DNA of 63,034 nt, filler included, from Diploschistes diacapsis (Eukaryota), in assembly GCA_023645945.1 (NCBI GenBank). It is 11 parts of 11 records of this genome, joined end to end, with 100 filler letters (N's around TTAATTAATTAA, not from the genome) between each part and the next. Parts side by side here need not be neighbours in the genome. Positions count along the whole stretch, not along the records: positions 1 to 26,158 come from JALAIB010000188.1; 10 more parts are not named here. The stretch is one strand, 5' to 3'. The translations under genes were made by a program, and so were the position numbers. The notes beneath the pieces are model-generated. The model did not search any database, had not been told where the DNA came from, and saw only the letters and a list, made by a program, of their open reading frames with translations. Of the stretch, positions 12,901-26,158 are shown one piece after another (within the stretch, counting starts at the first letter, position 1; every line of letters starts with the position of its first letter).

Positions 12901-14611
12901 GTAATGGAGGCGGGTCTTACGAATCATGTCAGTACATTCGTTCGCTTCCGCCATACAGTAGTAACTTATAGGAATGTCTTTACTACACGATACAATAGCA
13001 ATTACTTAAGCGTCGAGAGCCTGGGGCCTCGCGTCAGGTGGTCTTGGCTCTGGCAACTTCGTTCGCGTACGAGCCGATTTACTCCATAAAACGAATACAG
13101 CACACAGCTTTGCAGAGGTGGTGTCCTTACCCATCTTGTATGTAACAGCCGTCTACGCACTGGTCCACCTTGGTCGATTGCAGCAAGGAGAATCTGTCCT
13201 GATACAGTCCGCGTTAGGAAGCCTAGCTATGGGAGCGATGGAAGTTGCACGCCACATTGGGGCGGATATTCACGACACTAATGGTACAGCGGCAAAGGCT
13301 CAAATACTGATCAAGGGATCTGGAATCCAGAACATCGTGTGTTCCAAACAAACGAGAGCTCCACGCCAAACAAGATCGTCCGAGCGACAAAGCAGATGGG
13401 TTGATGTGATCTTGAGTTCCGTCGCTGGAGATCAGATCCAAAGAGATCTGGAGATGTATTGTACCCCCAGGACGCTTCATAGACGAAACGCCACTTTCAC
13501 GTCCATTTGAGATCGGGTTGCTTTTCAATCAACGACCTAAGCTTGGGGCGAGGTAAGGCCAGCAACCATGGATACCCATTGACCTCGAAATTTTACAGCG
13601 CGATATCACGATCAAGAATGAGGTAAAAAGAATTATTAAACTAGCTTCACGTTCCTATTCTATCAGGGTGCTAATAGACTCAGCCGTGATATTGGACGTA
13701 TGGCAGCCTACACTTCTGGTCAACTATTAACAGAATCTACAGGATGTTTCTTTCGAGCCTATGTCGTACGAGCAGTTTCAGCGTGACTTGGGCCCGAAGG
13801 TACAAGGTAATATGAATCTTCATGAGGCGACACTGGGAATATCCCTGGACTTTTTCATCACAATGAGCTCCATCGTCACCCCCGTAGGGACCGCTACGCA
13901 AACCACCTACTCCGCAGCTTCTAGCTTTCAAGATCATTTCACCCAGTGGCCGGTAAGTCAAGGCTACCACGCTCAGTCGTTTGCTTTCAGTATTATCTTA
14001 GGCATCGGCACGGCCGCAGCTCGATCAGACGTTTTGCGGGCAATGAATAAAAATGGGCTGTAAGAGACGAGCGAGAGCGAGTTCTTGAAGCTACTTGAAG
14101 CCTGCTTCGTTCCTAGTTTTTCTGAGCAAGGCGTTATTAACAAGGCCTTGTCAGAAATCTACCTTTGCGTCAGGCTTGAGCCCACTAGACTTGCTGCTGT
14201 TCACCAAAAAGCTACGTCTGGCTCGCACTACCAGTGGACCGCAGACCTTCGGCACCGCATCACCATGCAAGCCATTTACGACCTCTGGAGGAGAAAAGCG
14301 CAAACAACCCAAAGCGAGCAAATGCCAGCAGAGCCATAGGGCTCGATTTCGAATCCCGAGAAACTCCCATCAACGATACTTGAAATGCTCATCGAAACAC
14401 TTTCCAAGTTGCTCTTCATTGCAGCTTCGGAGATCGATCCCGATCGAACCATCGGCTACTATGGCATGGACAGCATGATTGCAGCAGAACTGCGAAGCTG
14501 GCTGCGGAAAAACCCACTCTGGATATTTCATTCCTCGAGCTCTCAAGCCCGCAGTTGAAGATTAGTGATCTTATGGAGAAAGCAAAAAGAATTTTAATAG
14601 AACGAGCATGA
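6953..14611 (+). pseudogene. Highly reducing iterative type I polyketide synthase (KS-AT-DH-CMeT-ER-KR-ACP), heavily degraded
   Basis: Motifs in order: EPMAIVGM, LSNRIGFVFNLQGP, DTDCSSS (canonical DTACSSS), TFDISADRYARGEG, GTRTPVGDPLE, KINLGHTESSSG, INSFGFGGANAH, AT GHSS (~9130) and IEIGPHSALQGP, MT EIGGGTGGAT, ER GESVLIQSALG, KR PKVQGNMNLHEA..LDFFITMSS..TYSAA, ACP YGMDSMIAAELRSWL. Many frameshifts, stops and deletions. Confidence 0.93.
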
Positions 14612-15029
14612 TATTGGTGATTGGGCGCTCTTCTGGGTGTTATTTAAGACCAAAGCATTATCGTATAACGATAGAAGTTCGCAACCTTGAAGTAGTAGAG
14701 GTGTCAGAGTCGCTGCCGGATGTTCCCAAGGACGTGCAGCATGGTGGTTGCTGGAGGATGGTTTGGTAGCATGATTACAGCATCACATCGATTCACAACC
14801 CAGGATTTGTGCAACATCTTGAACTATCTGACTTGACAGACAACCCTCGGGCATTTAGGAGTTCTGTAGGTAGCCAGGGAGTAGTTTCCGTCAGCCTCGA
14901 AGAGATGCCCCAAGGCTAGGACTCTAGTTGTAGATGTAGTACCATCATCCTTAGCAAATGAATCTCAAACTCCAGCACACTGAAATTGAAAAGACTCGGA
15001 ATGTTCGAGAGCCCACTCTGCTAGCCTTG

Positions 15030-16030
15030 GGCCAGTTCTGCTCGTGGGCTTGTACGATGGGCTTTTTTAAACATATCTCGCTCTCTCCGACCTACCAAAC
15101 CATGAAGTCCTGCACTTGAAAATGCTCCTAGAGCTTTAGCTTCCAGCGCCCTATTCCGCATCGTCAGCGACAAGTCCGCATTTTTCAGCAATGGATTCAG
15201 ATTGGTTCAGGAGCTTACGAGAAGGTAAGTACACTGCCTTTACACAGCCAACAGCTAATGAGACTAGTATAACTAAAGCACCCAGATAAGATATTCCTGA
15301 CCCCCGACAAGGAAGTCTATATTGCCTCCGGAATACCTTGACAAGCTTGAAGAGCCAGCCTACCAATGTGGCAAGTTTAACACATGCCGTGGTCGATGTA
15401 AAGGTGTTTGGGCTTGAGCATCGGCATCGAAGCCCTGCTCAACTTCACAGTATTTCTTGGCTCGTACACAAACCTATGTACAGATCTGTATAGCAGTGAC
15501 GCCCAATGGAACATCCTTCATGGTCGACTTGGTCTCCTCACATGGTGAAGAATGTTAATATGCATTTCAACAAGAGCTTCCACAAACCTCTGGCCTGCAC
15601 CCAACTTCCCCCTTTCGCGAGATACATGCTCTGCCCTACGAGAACTAATTTTCATTAGACTGGTCGACGGCCATTACGCTCTATCCAACAATGCAGCGCA
15701 TCATTGCCCGCATGATCGCTAGGGTCCTTCTTTTACCGTGACGAGACCCAGCCAAGAAGCTCGGTCGGCCTTGTCCACCTACGTCTTCCTCGGCGTCAGC
15801 TATCTCAACCCTTTCTCAAGTTTTTTCCGGCCCATTGCTGCACGGTTCATTCCCTACATCCGTCGCATGTATCAGCACCAGCGGACGGCGCAGCGATTAC
15901 TGGGACCCGAGCTCGTTCGAAGATGGTAGATTATGGGCGCAACAATTGGAAAGGATCTTCTCGTATCACAGCAGACGAACTTTCCTGACGATTTTACTCC
16001 CAATGCCTTATCCATGATCCTGTCGAGCGG
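15030..16030 (+). pseudogene. Cytochrome P450 N-terminal fragment (secondary-metabolism, ent-kaurene-oxidase-like class)
   Basis: ILPPEYL/LKSQPTNVASLTHAV, TAITLYPTMQRIIARMIARVL and FFRPIAARFIPYIRRMYQHQRTAQRLLGP resemble this fungal P450 class. No heme-binding motif is found, so it is truncated. Boundaries approximate. Confidence 0.65.
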
Positions 16031-16701
16031 AACATGAGCGCCAGGCGACTTGCCGAACCGCAACTTACTACTCTTGCTTCGCGTCGATAGACGGTACGTA
16101 CAAACCATCCGATAAATGCCATCTTTTGACCTTGCAGCAATTTTGGAAGGATTAACGTTGAGAAACGAGATTGGTGTTTGTGTTCCGTGATAGCAGCCAG
16201 GGGGAAAAAAAGTGCTCGTAATTTGGTCGATCAACTCGGGGCCAACATTAATCTTTTTCACATCCCCACAACTAGTTTCCTTCAAGCGCAAAAAAGCTGC
16301 TGCTCGCCCCCCTTTTTCGGTGAGCGACGCAGCTCAGCATCAAGCAATGCATAAGAAGCCTTTTACTAACTTTATAGAAAAACTTCATGGCAAGTTTTCT
16401 TGGGAATTCACGGGGGGAGTCAACATGTCCCAGTAGGGTTTTAAAGAATCCTCGATTAGCCGGTGGCCCCCGATGATTGTACGGACTCAAACAAGAGATG
16501 GTATGGGACTGCAGCACTGCAGAAGAGCACAGCACGACGGGCTCAAGATCCTCAGAGACCTATCTATAGAAGCACGCTTCTCCCAACTGTCGCCTCAGGG
16601 GAGAGAAATGGGGGTATCTTCGAAATGCCAGAGCTCATTCAACCACCAACCCCTGCCGCTGAACGATGATTCAAAACTACCAGAAACGCTATGGACACAT
16701 G

Positions 16702-18830
16702 TCACGCCATCCCGACCCTGACCTCGGTCGGCATCTTCTCGTGCGACGCGAATCCCGGCGCGAGCCTGTTCTCGGCCCGTGGCCCAATGGCGTCCTCGTT
16801 CGCCATCCCCATGGCTCGGCGATCGGGCGATTTAAGGGCCCGAGGCGCTGATTCGGATGTCGTTAGATACGGCGGACCTTTGTCCAACGGGCTGCTTTGC
16901 ATCTGGACTTGCTCGTGGATAATGCGGTCCGCTAAATGCTCTTCCGGCCTGAAGGACGCAAAACCTGATTCTCGTTCGGTATGCAGAGGCGGACGGGATG
17001 GTGTCTCGCCGAATTGCTCCGGTGGGATGCGTGAATAGGATCTTGGATTGGAAGTTGCGATTTCTGAACTTGGAAGCGCAGGAATAGTAGATGCAGAGCC
17101 GTTGGGCAAAGCCGGTTCTGCGGGGTTGTTCTGAACTGCTGGTGTGAATGGGCTGCCTGGTCGCGCCGAGTTCCAATGCTGAGGGCCATTGTGGTTGTGC
17201 GGGTGTTGAGGGTGTTGGGCATTTGCCCATGGATTGGATTTGCTGAATTGCCTCTCCGCTGCGGAGGATTGACGGAGATATTGGGAAATTGTAGATGAGA
17301 CGTGGGATTGCTGAGGCTGAAGAGAGATCTGCGTGCATCAGCTTTTATTTCTTACTACGATGTTGTGAGCACGTACACCCATCTTCCGGAGATCTTCGTC
17401 CATTTCGCTCTGACTCGCTCCTGTAACTTCCGGCGCAGCTGGAAAACCGACCCATTTCGCCATACCGGAGAGAATGGAAACTTCCATGTTGTACGCATTC
17501 TGCTGCGCCACTAGATCATGTCGTTTGGCGGCTGTCAGCGAATTCCTGTCGACAGCACTTTCGTCAAGAGCTCTGCGACCGCGTTGTATCTGATACCATT
17601 CTTGATTGGCACGCTCCAGGGAGTTATCCCGGACCTCGCGCACAGACTGCATGTATTGACTGTGATAATACGTGCGCTCCGCGACACTCTTGTTCTGCAA
17701 AGCTTTTACTTTGAAGCTGAATGCCGTTCTTGCCGAGGAAACTCGTTCCTTGCGCTGTGCTTCAATAGCGGCAACCACCAACAAGTAGTCTGGGTGAGCA
17801 ATGGTCTGTGACTCGAGACTCGCAAGTTCTTCGTCAAGCTGTCGAGTCCGTTCATCAAAGAGCCTGGCGGCCAGTCAGCCAATTGGCAACAAGCGGTAAT
17901 GGGAGAAACGTACCTGTCCCGGAGCAGAGCAAAATCATTTTCAATCTTGCCCAGGATATCTAGCGCGGTTCTCTTCCTGATAACTTGGTGGAAGTTAGCT
18001 TGATATCTGCTTAAGGGTGAATTGATGGAGAGCTTACGCTCTTCTTCATTTCGAGCGCTCGTGTCAGCCTCCACACCAGCATCCTCCATGTCGACATCTT
18101 CATCGTTGCTCTCCACAGCATCTTCCTGTTCCGCTTGGTTCTTCAGATGCTGACGGGGTGAGTCTCCGCTATGTTCTTCGAATAGCTCACCACTGCCCAC
18201 GATTTGCCGACCGTTGGCGGATGTGATGACAAACTCCGCGGAGCCCTGGACCTTCTCCGCAGCATCGTCTCCGACTTGGTTGACAAGCAGCTGCATGGCA
18301 GCCCGCTTTAGAGATTCGTTTGTGGTTTCGTCATCTCCCCTCTTTCTCTTGCGACTGGAGTTGCTGGTGGCTGTTTCTCCTTCACTCCCTTCCCCTGCAG
18401 ACTCATCAAGCGAAGAGATTGGAGATGTCGGATACAATGGGTCGGAATGTGGACCGTCCCTTGAATCGGCATTAAGACCCGCTTTCGCCTCATCGCCGGC
18501 CATAGTATTTTGCTTCCTAATAAGCGGCAAGGTGTCATTAGAGACCAGGTTCGCTGCGCTTAACAGGACTTGCTTGCGTTGTCTTAGTTTATCTGGCGAT
18601 TCCTCCAGCCGCTCAGTCTCTGCTTCCGTGTCCTCCTCTTCTGAGATTTGGGAAGATCTGTCCGGCACAGCGTCTGTTCCTTCGGTCGCAAGACGGTCCT
18701 CGATGTCGCTAAGACTACTTGAGCGGTCATCATGCTCGGCAAGGGGTCTATGTTGCGGATCGGGCAGAGGAGACTGGTTTTGGGCGGCTTCCGCCAGTAA
18801 CTGCATGCTTGGCTCTGGCGCATCGTCCAT
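16702..18830 (-). CDS. DEP1: Sds3-like Rpd3L histone deacetylase complex subunit Dep1 (spliced, about 3 introns)
   Basis: Acidic N-terminus with SSSLSDIED and DTEAETERLEESP. Sds3-like core ALDILGKIENDFALLRD..LFDER..HSQYMQSVREVRD..QNAYNMEVSILSGMAKWVGFPAAP. The last exon continues in the frame of ORF 16702-17109. Confidence 0.85.
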
Positions 18831-19718
18831 TGTAGTTGTCGAAAGACCAAAGACGTGGGTTGGCCTATGCAGCAGAAACAGGCTGATTAGCTAAGAACTT
18901 AGATGAGAGCATAACAGCAGCTGTGCTACGATCAAAAATGGTAAATGAGGGAGCCCAAGCCACTTTGAAATGCAACACCGCTCAAGCTGCAAGCTGTGTC
19001 TCCTTGTGCAGAAGTTGACAATAGATATCCAGAGCAAACAGCTCAACGTATAGGTAGAGAGATGTGGCTTTCGAAGACTTCCAGCTTGGAAACCTGAGCA
19101 GGACGTAATATGGATACAGAGTGAAAGCCACTGACCTCGACCTGCCACTAATGATGACTTACCGTAGCTTACACGGAACTTACCCCCTCTTCCAACTCGC
19201 CGCAAGTCCCCGATCGCCAATATTGATATATCGAGCCAATTTGGAAGATACAACGAGACGCGGGGGCAGTGGAAGGGAGCGTTGAGTGTAGGGCGCAAGT
19301 GTGGTGTACTAGGTAGCTGAGAGCGTGATTCGAAGGCGTCCCGCTGTGTAGCTAGAGCTCTGGTGGCTTCTTGACAGAAAACAAGCTGATGTATGATTTT
19401 AGTGCTTCACATTGTCCGGAAGAATGCTGCATGCAAGAAGCAACAGTGTAATTGACAAATGAGGACAGTGACTCTCAAAGCGCACCATGATTCTGATCAA
19501 GACTGCGCCAAGCTCCACCTTCGGTCATTTCATCTATGTAAGTCATGGAAGAACATCTATTCCGTGTAGATCCATATGGACGATAAGCGAAACTGCAGCT
19601 CACTATCTCCGAAACCTGAGCCCTACTTTTCTTTTCCATCATTTTATCATATCCGATAGAGCCCATAAAGTAAGGCCTTCAATACTTTAAAATCCGGAAG
19701 CACTGAAAACGGTCTATA

Positions 19719-21422
19719 ATGGCTAGGAATAACAATGGAAAGGTACCAATGGTGAGAAAAACAGCCAAAATACCAAAGTTTGGTGGAGTGTCGACGACGG
19801 CCCTGGATCCACATCTTGCAGAGTTATTTAGTTCAAGCGTATGTACGAAGTGGATATGGGTTGAATAACGAGTTCTCAGCTGAGTCAATCTATAGGTAGG
19901 GCGAGCGAACGTCAGCAAGGATATTCTTCCTATTGTCCCGGAAGAAGCAGCGGATAAGGGGGGTTCTATCAGACATGACGAAGATGGGAAGATAGTCGAG
20001 GAATCCGAGCTGATACCTGACGAGATTTCGTCGTCTAGACCAAAAAACTTTCATCCCAGTCTGGAGTTAGCTAACCAGAAACGCAAAAGAAAGCGTGCCA
20101 CTGCCGACAATGATGACCTTGAAGAGAAGTATCTTAAGCGACTAGCTGCGGAAGACACCCTGGAAGGTCCCGCAAAAATGTTACTAGAAACTCATTTGAA
20201 ACGAAATCTCTCGGTTGAGTCCCAAGGCACTCGGGCGGACGACGACCAGAACCATAACGAGAAGGAGCAAGACAGCGATCAAGAAAGCCATTCCATTCCT
20301 GTGCATGAATCTCTCGTTCAGACTCAGCTTGATGATCCTGTTGAGAAAGCTTCCAGAACTGTGTTCCTAGGCAACGTTTCTACTGCTGCTATAAAGTCTA
20401 AAGGGTCGAGACGAGTCCTGATGAATCACCTAACCTCTTTCTTCTCGGAGCTCCCGAAAGAGCAGAAGCATAGTATCGTATCATTCAGGTTTCGCTCTAC
20501 AGCATTTGCAGATGCATCCCTGCCGAAAAAGGCTGCCTTTGCCAAAGGGAAGCTACTAGAAGCGACTACGCCAAGCACAAATGCCTATGCTGTTTATAGT
20601 ACATCATTGGCGGCGAGGGAGGCAATCAAGAGATTGAATGCATCGGTTGTTCTAGAAAGACATCTTCGTGTGGATGGGGTCGCTCATCCGTCCAAGGTAG
20701 ATCACCGGCGATGTGTTTTCGTTGGCAATCTTGGATTCGTGGATGATGAGAGCAACATCAGAGCTATCGAACAGGAAGAGGGCCGTGCTCAGCCACAGAA
20801 GAAGAAGAAAGCCCCGGCGGATGTGGAAGAGGGCCTTTGGCGGCAATTCGAAACTGCAGGCGCTGTAGAGAGCGTCCGCGTGGTACGGGACAAGACGACT
20901 CGTGTTGGCAAGGGTGTTGCATATGTTCAGTTCAAGGTAAGTCGCCGTTGGAGTTTACTATCTACCTCTGTACTAACACAATTGTAGAACCCAAATTCTG
21001 TCGAGAAAGCACTTTTATTCAATGATCAGAAATACCCACCATTGCTACCTCGAAAGCTTCGAGTGGCTCGAGCCAAGAGCATCACCAAGACCGCTTCCAA
21101 TCTATCCAAAGAAAAGGTCCTCAAGAACCCTACCTCAAAAGGAGTATACAGAGCGAAGCCTTCATCTGAGGTTCAGTCTCTTGCCGGACGAGCAGGGAAG
21201 CTCTTTGGCCGTGCTGGTGCAAACCAATTTCTCAAGCATGCCAAAGATGGAGAAGCCGGCAAGCCCAGGCAACCCAAGGGATCTTTCAAGGGACCAGAAC
21301 AGATTGTCTTCGAAGGACGGCGTGCGAAAGAAGGCAATGTGCCGTTCAAGGTTGGGAAGGCGAAGAAAGGGACAAAGAGAACAAAGCGCAGCACAGCATT
21401 TCGCTCGCGCATGCGGAAGTAG
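19719..21422 (+). CDS. NOP12: Nucleolar protein 12 (two RRM domains), spliced
   Basis: ATG at 19719 gives LDPHLAELFSSS then an intron. Motifs RTVFLGNV, RFRSTAF..LPKKAAF, TNAYAVY, HLRVDGVAHP, RCVFVGNLGF, VRVVRDKTTRVGKGVAYVQF, PRKLRVARA, IVFEGRRA. Confidence 0.92.
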
Positions 21423-21948
21423 TAGTCTCTATCAGGCAGTTAAATTTGTTCTGTTCGTACCAAGGAATAGTTGTGCTTTCTAATCCTTGGAAAACTCCAC
21501 GGTACTGGAAGCTATCGCATCTGATATAGAGTTCAATTTCATCACCGTACTTGAGCGGATCAATTCATTCATGGCGGGTTGGGGCAGCGATCATTCACCC
21601 TGCAACAGCGGTTCTTTCGTAAGGATTCAACGATGATGAAAGATCATGCAGCCGATCAAGGTGGCTTTTGACGAGAACTTGAGATCGTGACAAGGGATTG
21701 GTCATTTTGCGCCCGGCACTGCGCAGCAGTCAGCAGTCAGCAGTTAGCAGTCAGCCTTAGCGCAGCGTGCCCCGGACCACTCCCCACCACCAGTGTGCAT
21801 CACGTAGAATTCCACTCCATCGATATTTCATATTTCATCGTTCAACTCAATCTCGACCGGGGATATTGTTTTCTCAAACAACCATAACATATCTCCTCCC
21901 ATGTAGAAGCGACAGTCTCTTGAGCCCCTTCCGCTCCTGTAAAGCGCC

Positions 21949-23450
21949 ATGAATCCCCACGCTGCGGCGCTGGGGAACCAGACTGAAGGCATTAATGGAG
22001 GCTCAGGCCAGCAAACATACCACCATGGCACGATCACTCGTACGTCAGGTGCAATTGCGAGGCCAGTATCAGATGGTGAGTTTGTGTCTGCTCCTCAGCC
22101 ATCTTTGCTCGACTCTTCACGGCTTCCCTTCCCAATTCACAATAACACACTCTTATATCCGTCTTATCGCTCTCCCCCACAATGGATCTATTGTACTCAT
22201 TCGCTGCATACACAGAATCCTGGATGGAAGTCTCCTCGAGACCCTCTTCATCTTCCCTTTCCTCCGCCGCGACCGACGAGGTTGTCACCACTGGTCTTCG
22301 AGTCGCGCAAGACTCACGACGGCGTCAAAGGCGACTACATCAAACGTCGGGTGCACGACGTCAACTATCGGGTCAGACCGTTGCCGACAACGAGATCAGC
22401 CAAGAAGAGTACGACGAGAGCGACAGCGACTCGGATCGAGTCATGACTAGTTCGAATGAGGACCTACAGACAGGGTTCGCCGGAACGGGGCAGTTCGAAG
22501 GCCGTCCTACAATCTCGAGATCACCACATTCTCACGCGGCATCTCTCGAATCCGCCGAGGGTGACGATGATGACGACGAAATTGCTACTGCGCTTGGTGT
22601 AGTAGATCCGACGCCATTCACTCCGCAGCCCCATGCCTTTTCACATCCCCCATCCACCCGCATCACCCAGCGATCGACTCCGTCTCAAGACTTGTATTTT
22701 CCACCTACATCCACCTCGCCCAGTGCCGCCTCTCGGCAGACTCGGACTAATCCTTCCACTATCTCTTCACCATCTGTCACATCTCGCGCACACGTGCGCA
22801 CACGATCACACACACCATATAACATCATCGCACCAAATCACACGGTTTCGGTTGATCATGATGCCGCACTCAGAGCGAGCCTATCAACACTCCTCTCCTG
22901 TGCGGCAGCTGCCCGCGGTCTCCCAAAAAGAGACAGCAACTTGGCATCAACTGCTGCGTCCAATCGACCTGGTCCTCTCCAAAGGACAAGGCAGTCGAGT
23001 CGAGTCGAGCCTGGGTCTTTGCGGATAGTACCCGAGTCTGCGCTAACCAAAGTGGTGGAAACCCCTCCCACGCTGCCAAGACGGCCATCGCCTCACTCAA
23101 CAGACTCGTCGGGCTCGCCGGATCCTGGACCCGCAAAACGCAGGGCCAAGTCGCCCAGCCGGGACAAGAGGAAGAAGCAGCGCTCAAGCATGTACACGGC
23201 GAATGACGATTTGATTTTAGGCATTAGTCCCACGCTCACGACGTGGGTCGTTGGGGCAGGCGTTCTTGTTTTACTTTCTGCCATTTCCTTTTCTGCGGGC
23301 TATGCTTTGGGCAAAGAGGTCGGCAGAGTTGATGCAATGGGGACTGGCGCCGGTCTGGGTTGCGCCAGCGAGGCCGATGGCGTTATCACGCGGGGACTTG
23401 GGAGAAGCCGAGGGTGGAGATGGGGCAATGCCAGCGGAGTCAGGGCTTGA
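21949..23450 (+). CDS. Uncharacterised fungal protein, largely disordered, with C-terminal transmembrane helix
   Basis: Exon 1 (21949-22075) and intron 22076-22215 (GTGAGT..CAG) join in frame to give SDESWMEVSSRPSSSSLSS. Internal DHDAALRASLSTLLSCAAAARGLPK. TM segment WVVGAGVLVLLSAISFSAGYALG. Confidence 0.8.
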
Positions 23451-24732
23451 GTATGGACGTTCTTAGCTATGGAAAGGGACTTGGTAGATGACTGAAACAC
23501 ACGGGGCTATATGCCCGAACGAGAGGCGTTTTCTTCAGACCGAGGCGCTTGGAAACGACCTATGGCATACGTACCCCCTCTTGCGGGTGGCTACTTGCTT
23601 TTTTCGATCCGATTCGGTAATGAGCGTGTGCAATCTGGAAACTTTTAGGTTGTCGGTCACAGAATGATGATACTCCACGACACAATTGCAAAATATTACT
23701 ATCTGGCAGATTGTGGAGACACGAAAAGGGAACAGGCCCTCCTGGCATACTCTGCTCCTCTGGAGCTAGACTCTGGATAGATCTGACAAAGAGACAAGCA
23801 ATGATATCGAGAAATACGAAAACGGAACATCTCCAAGACATCATCCCTTAAAATTACTTGGTAGTCCCTTGCTTTCAGCACTTGCCAGACCACTATCGCA
23901 GGACCCGAGGCGGCGGGTTTCGGGTGACAGCTGTCACCGTATGTATTACATGTCTTGGGGCGTTTTGTACGACTCTTAGGCGTGTGCTTGTTGCTGTTGT
24001 TGTAGTATTAACCTTCACTGTGCAAGCTAAAGTAATAGCCCAGGGGCTATACTTGGACTGTTGTCTATCTAGATCAAAGTGAAAGAGGCCGCCAAATAAG
24101 CTAGATACACCCGGGGCCAAGCATCATCTCTACCACCCCCTGACATGAGCTCAATCTCAATCAGTGTCCTCTTCACCTATATTGCGCTTTCGACTTCTAT
24201 CCTCTGCCTTTGCTGATACAGATGTTGATATCTTCATTCCCTTTTATGCCCTCAGCTCGGGCATAATCTCGAGCCTCAGCGTAACATCGCAATTGGATAA
24301 AAGCCACCCAAGCTCCACGTGTGACCTTATCAGGCAAGGTCTCCGCCGAAACAATACATTCTTTTAGCCGCTCAAACGGTAACAGTACAATCAGCCTTCA
24401 ATCTTGCCCACCCAATCCCTGTCAACGACTTTCTCCTCATTTTCGGATTACAGCATCCTTTAGAACTGTCTCGGCGAGGCTTCTGACCAAGGTTGGATCG
24501 GGGTTGGAACGGGTTGGGGAACAAAGGCAAGCTGGCTCCTCCATCAACGGCCTCAATCGTTTCGAGCGCCGAACTGGGCATCTCCAACTATCGGCGTCGA
24601 TCCTCGAGCATAAAGGCGCCTCCCCCCCTCATCTTCGATCGCCCCAATAAGTCGAGAGAGCAGGGGGCCACGTCCGGCCTCAAAGGTCGCGGCTCCGGCT
24701 TGCTTGAGACCATACCTGGAACTCCCGACGGA

Positions 24733-26158
24733 ATGTCGCTCTCCCGGTCGCCTTCTCCCCGTGCCGGCGGTGGCTTCTCGAGTCCCGGTCTGACGAGCGA
24801 TTTCAATTCGATGGGTGGGCGATCCTCACCGAGAAAAACGTATCCAGACCTCTATACGAACGCCGGTGCGGCCAGTGGTAGTGGGAATGTAACGTGGGCC
24901 AGCGCAAAAGCGAAGAGCGATGAGGTGAATGGATACCCATCGTTCTCGACGCAGAAGACCGGCTTCTTCAGCAGACACGCACGTAAAATATCGAGCAGCT
25001 TACCGAGGTTCAATATTGGCGGAAGACGAGATTTTTCGGAGAGGGAAAAGCTTGGCCGCGGCCGGTCGTATCCCAACAGCGGAAGCAAGCTTGAAAGATT
25101 GAAAACATTTCTTGGGAACGTCATGAGACGTATGAAGTTACGGCTGCTGATTGTATTACTACTGCTCGTGTCTGTTATTCTGTTCAAGGTCACTCGTGAG
25201 TCCAGAGGCCCCTGTTTCCCTTGCGCTTCCCCATGCTGATTCGTATTCCAGCATTGCAGACCGTCTATCGGAGGACGCCCTGGCTGGGGGGAGGGAAGAA
25301 GTATGTTATAGTGCTGGCAGCTAATATCGGAGGTGGTGTGATGGATTGGAAAGGCCCCCGAGAATGGGCCATCGAGCGAGACAGCGTCAAAAACAAGCGC
25401 AGGTACGCAAAGAAGTGGGGCTACGACCTCGAGATCGTCGACATGAGCACCAAGAAACGCTATGCCCACGAATGGCGTGAGAGCTGGGAGAAGGTGGACA
25501 CGATGCGAAACTGCATGCGCAAGTATCCCAAAGCCGAGTGGTATACTCACCCCCCCTCCGCTTCCCAGAAGCACCAGCTGACCTTTCTGTTAGGTTCTGG
25601 TGGCTCGACCTCAACACCTTCATAATGGAGCCCTCCATCTCCCTGCAGCACCAAGTCTTCGACTCCCTCCCTGCCACCATCTACCGCGACATCAATGACT
25701 ACAACCCCCTCAACGTCACGCACCCGCCCGTGGGCGCCCACCTTGATCCCATCGCCCTCTCCCCCACCGGCGACAACCAAACCTCCTCCATCGACCTAAT
25801 CGTCCCTCAAGACTGCGCCGGCTTCAACCTGGGCTCCTTCTTCCTCCGCCGCTCCGCCTGGACAGACCGCCTGCTGGACATCTGGTGGGACCCGGTCCTC
25901 TACGAGCAAAAGCACATGGACTGGGAGCACAAGGAGCAGGACGCGCTCGAGCACCTGTATGCGGCGCACCCGTGGATCCGCAGCCACACGGCCTTCATCC
26001 AGCAGCGGCGCATCAACAGCTTCCCCAAGGGCGCGTGCGGCGGCAGCGGTAACTCGGAGGCGGGAGAGAACGACGGGTACCCGGACGAACGGTTCCATTA
26101 TAGCGAGGCGGACAGAGACTTTGTGGTGAACATGGCGGGGTGCGAGTGGGGGCGGGAC
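24733..26158 (+). CDS. MNN10: Glycosyltransferase family 34 (MNN10/GMA12-like alpha-1,6-mannosyltransferase subunit), 3' end cut by contig edge
   Basis: MSLSRSPSPRAGGGFSSPGL start, type II TM helix, KKRYAHEWRESWEKVD, FWWLDLNTFIMEP, QDCAGFNLGSFF, WEHKEQDALE, DFVVNMAGCEWGRD. Two introns. Confidence 0.88.

Noticed and set aside
18214..18894. 226-aa plus-strand ORF and similar long antisense ORFs (24852-25574, 33915-34559, 54106-54528)
   Set aside because: They are shadows of real genes on the opposite strand and have no independent motifs.
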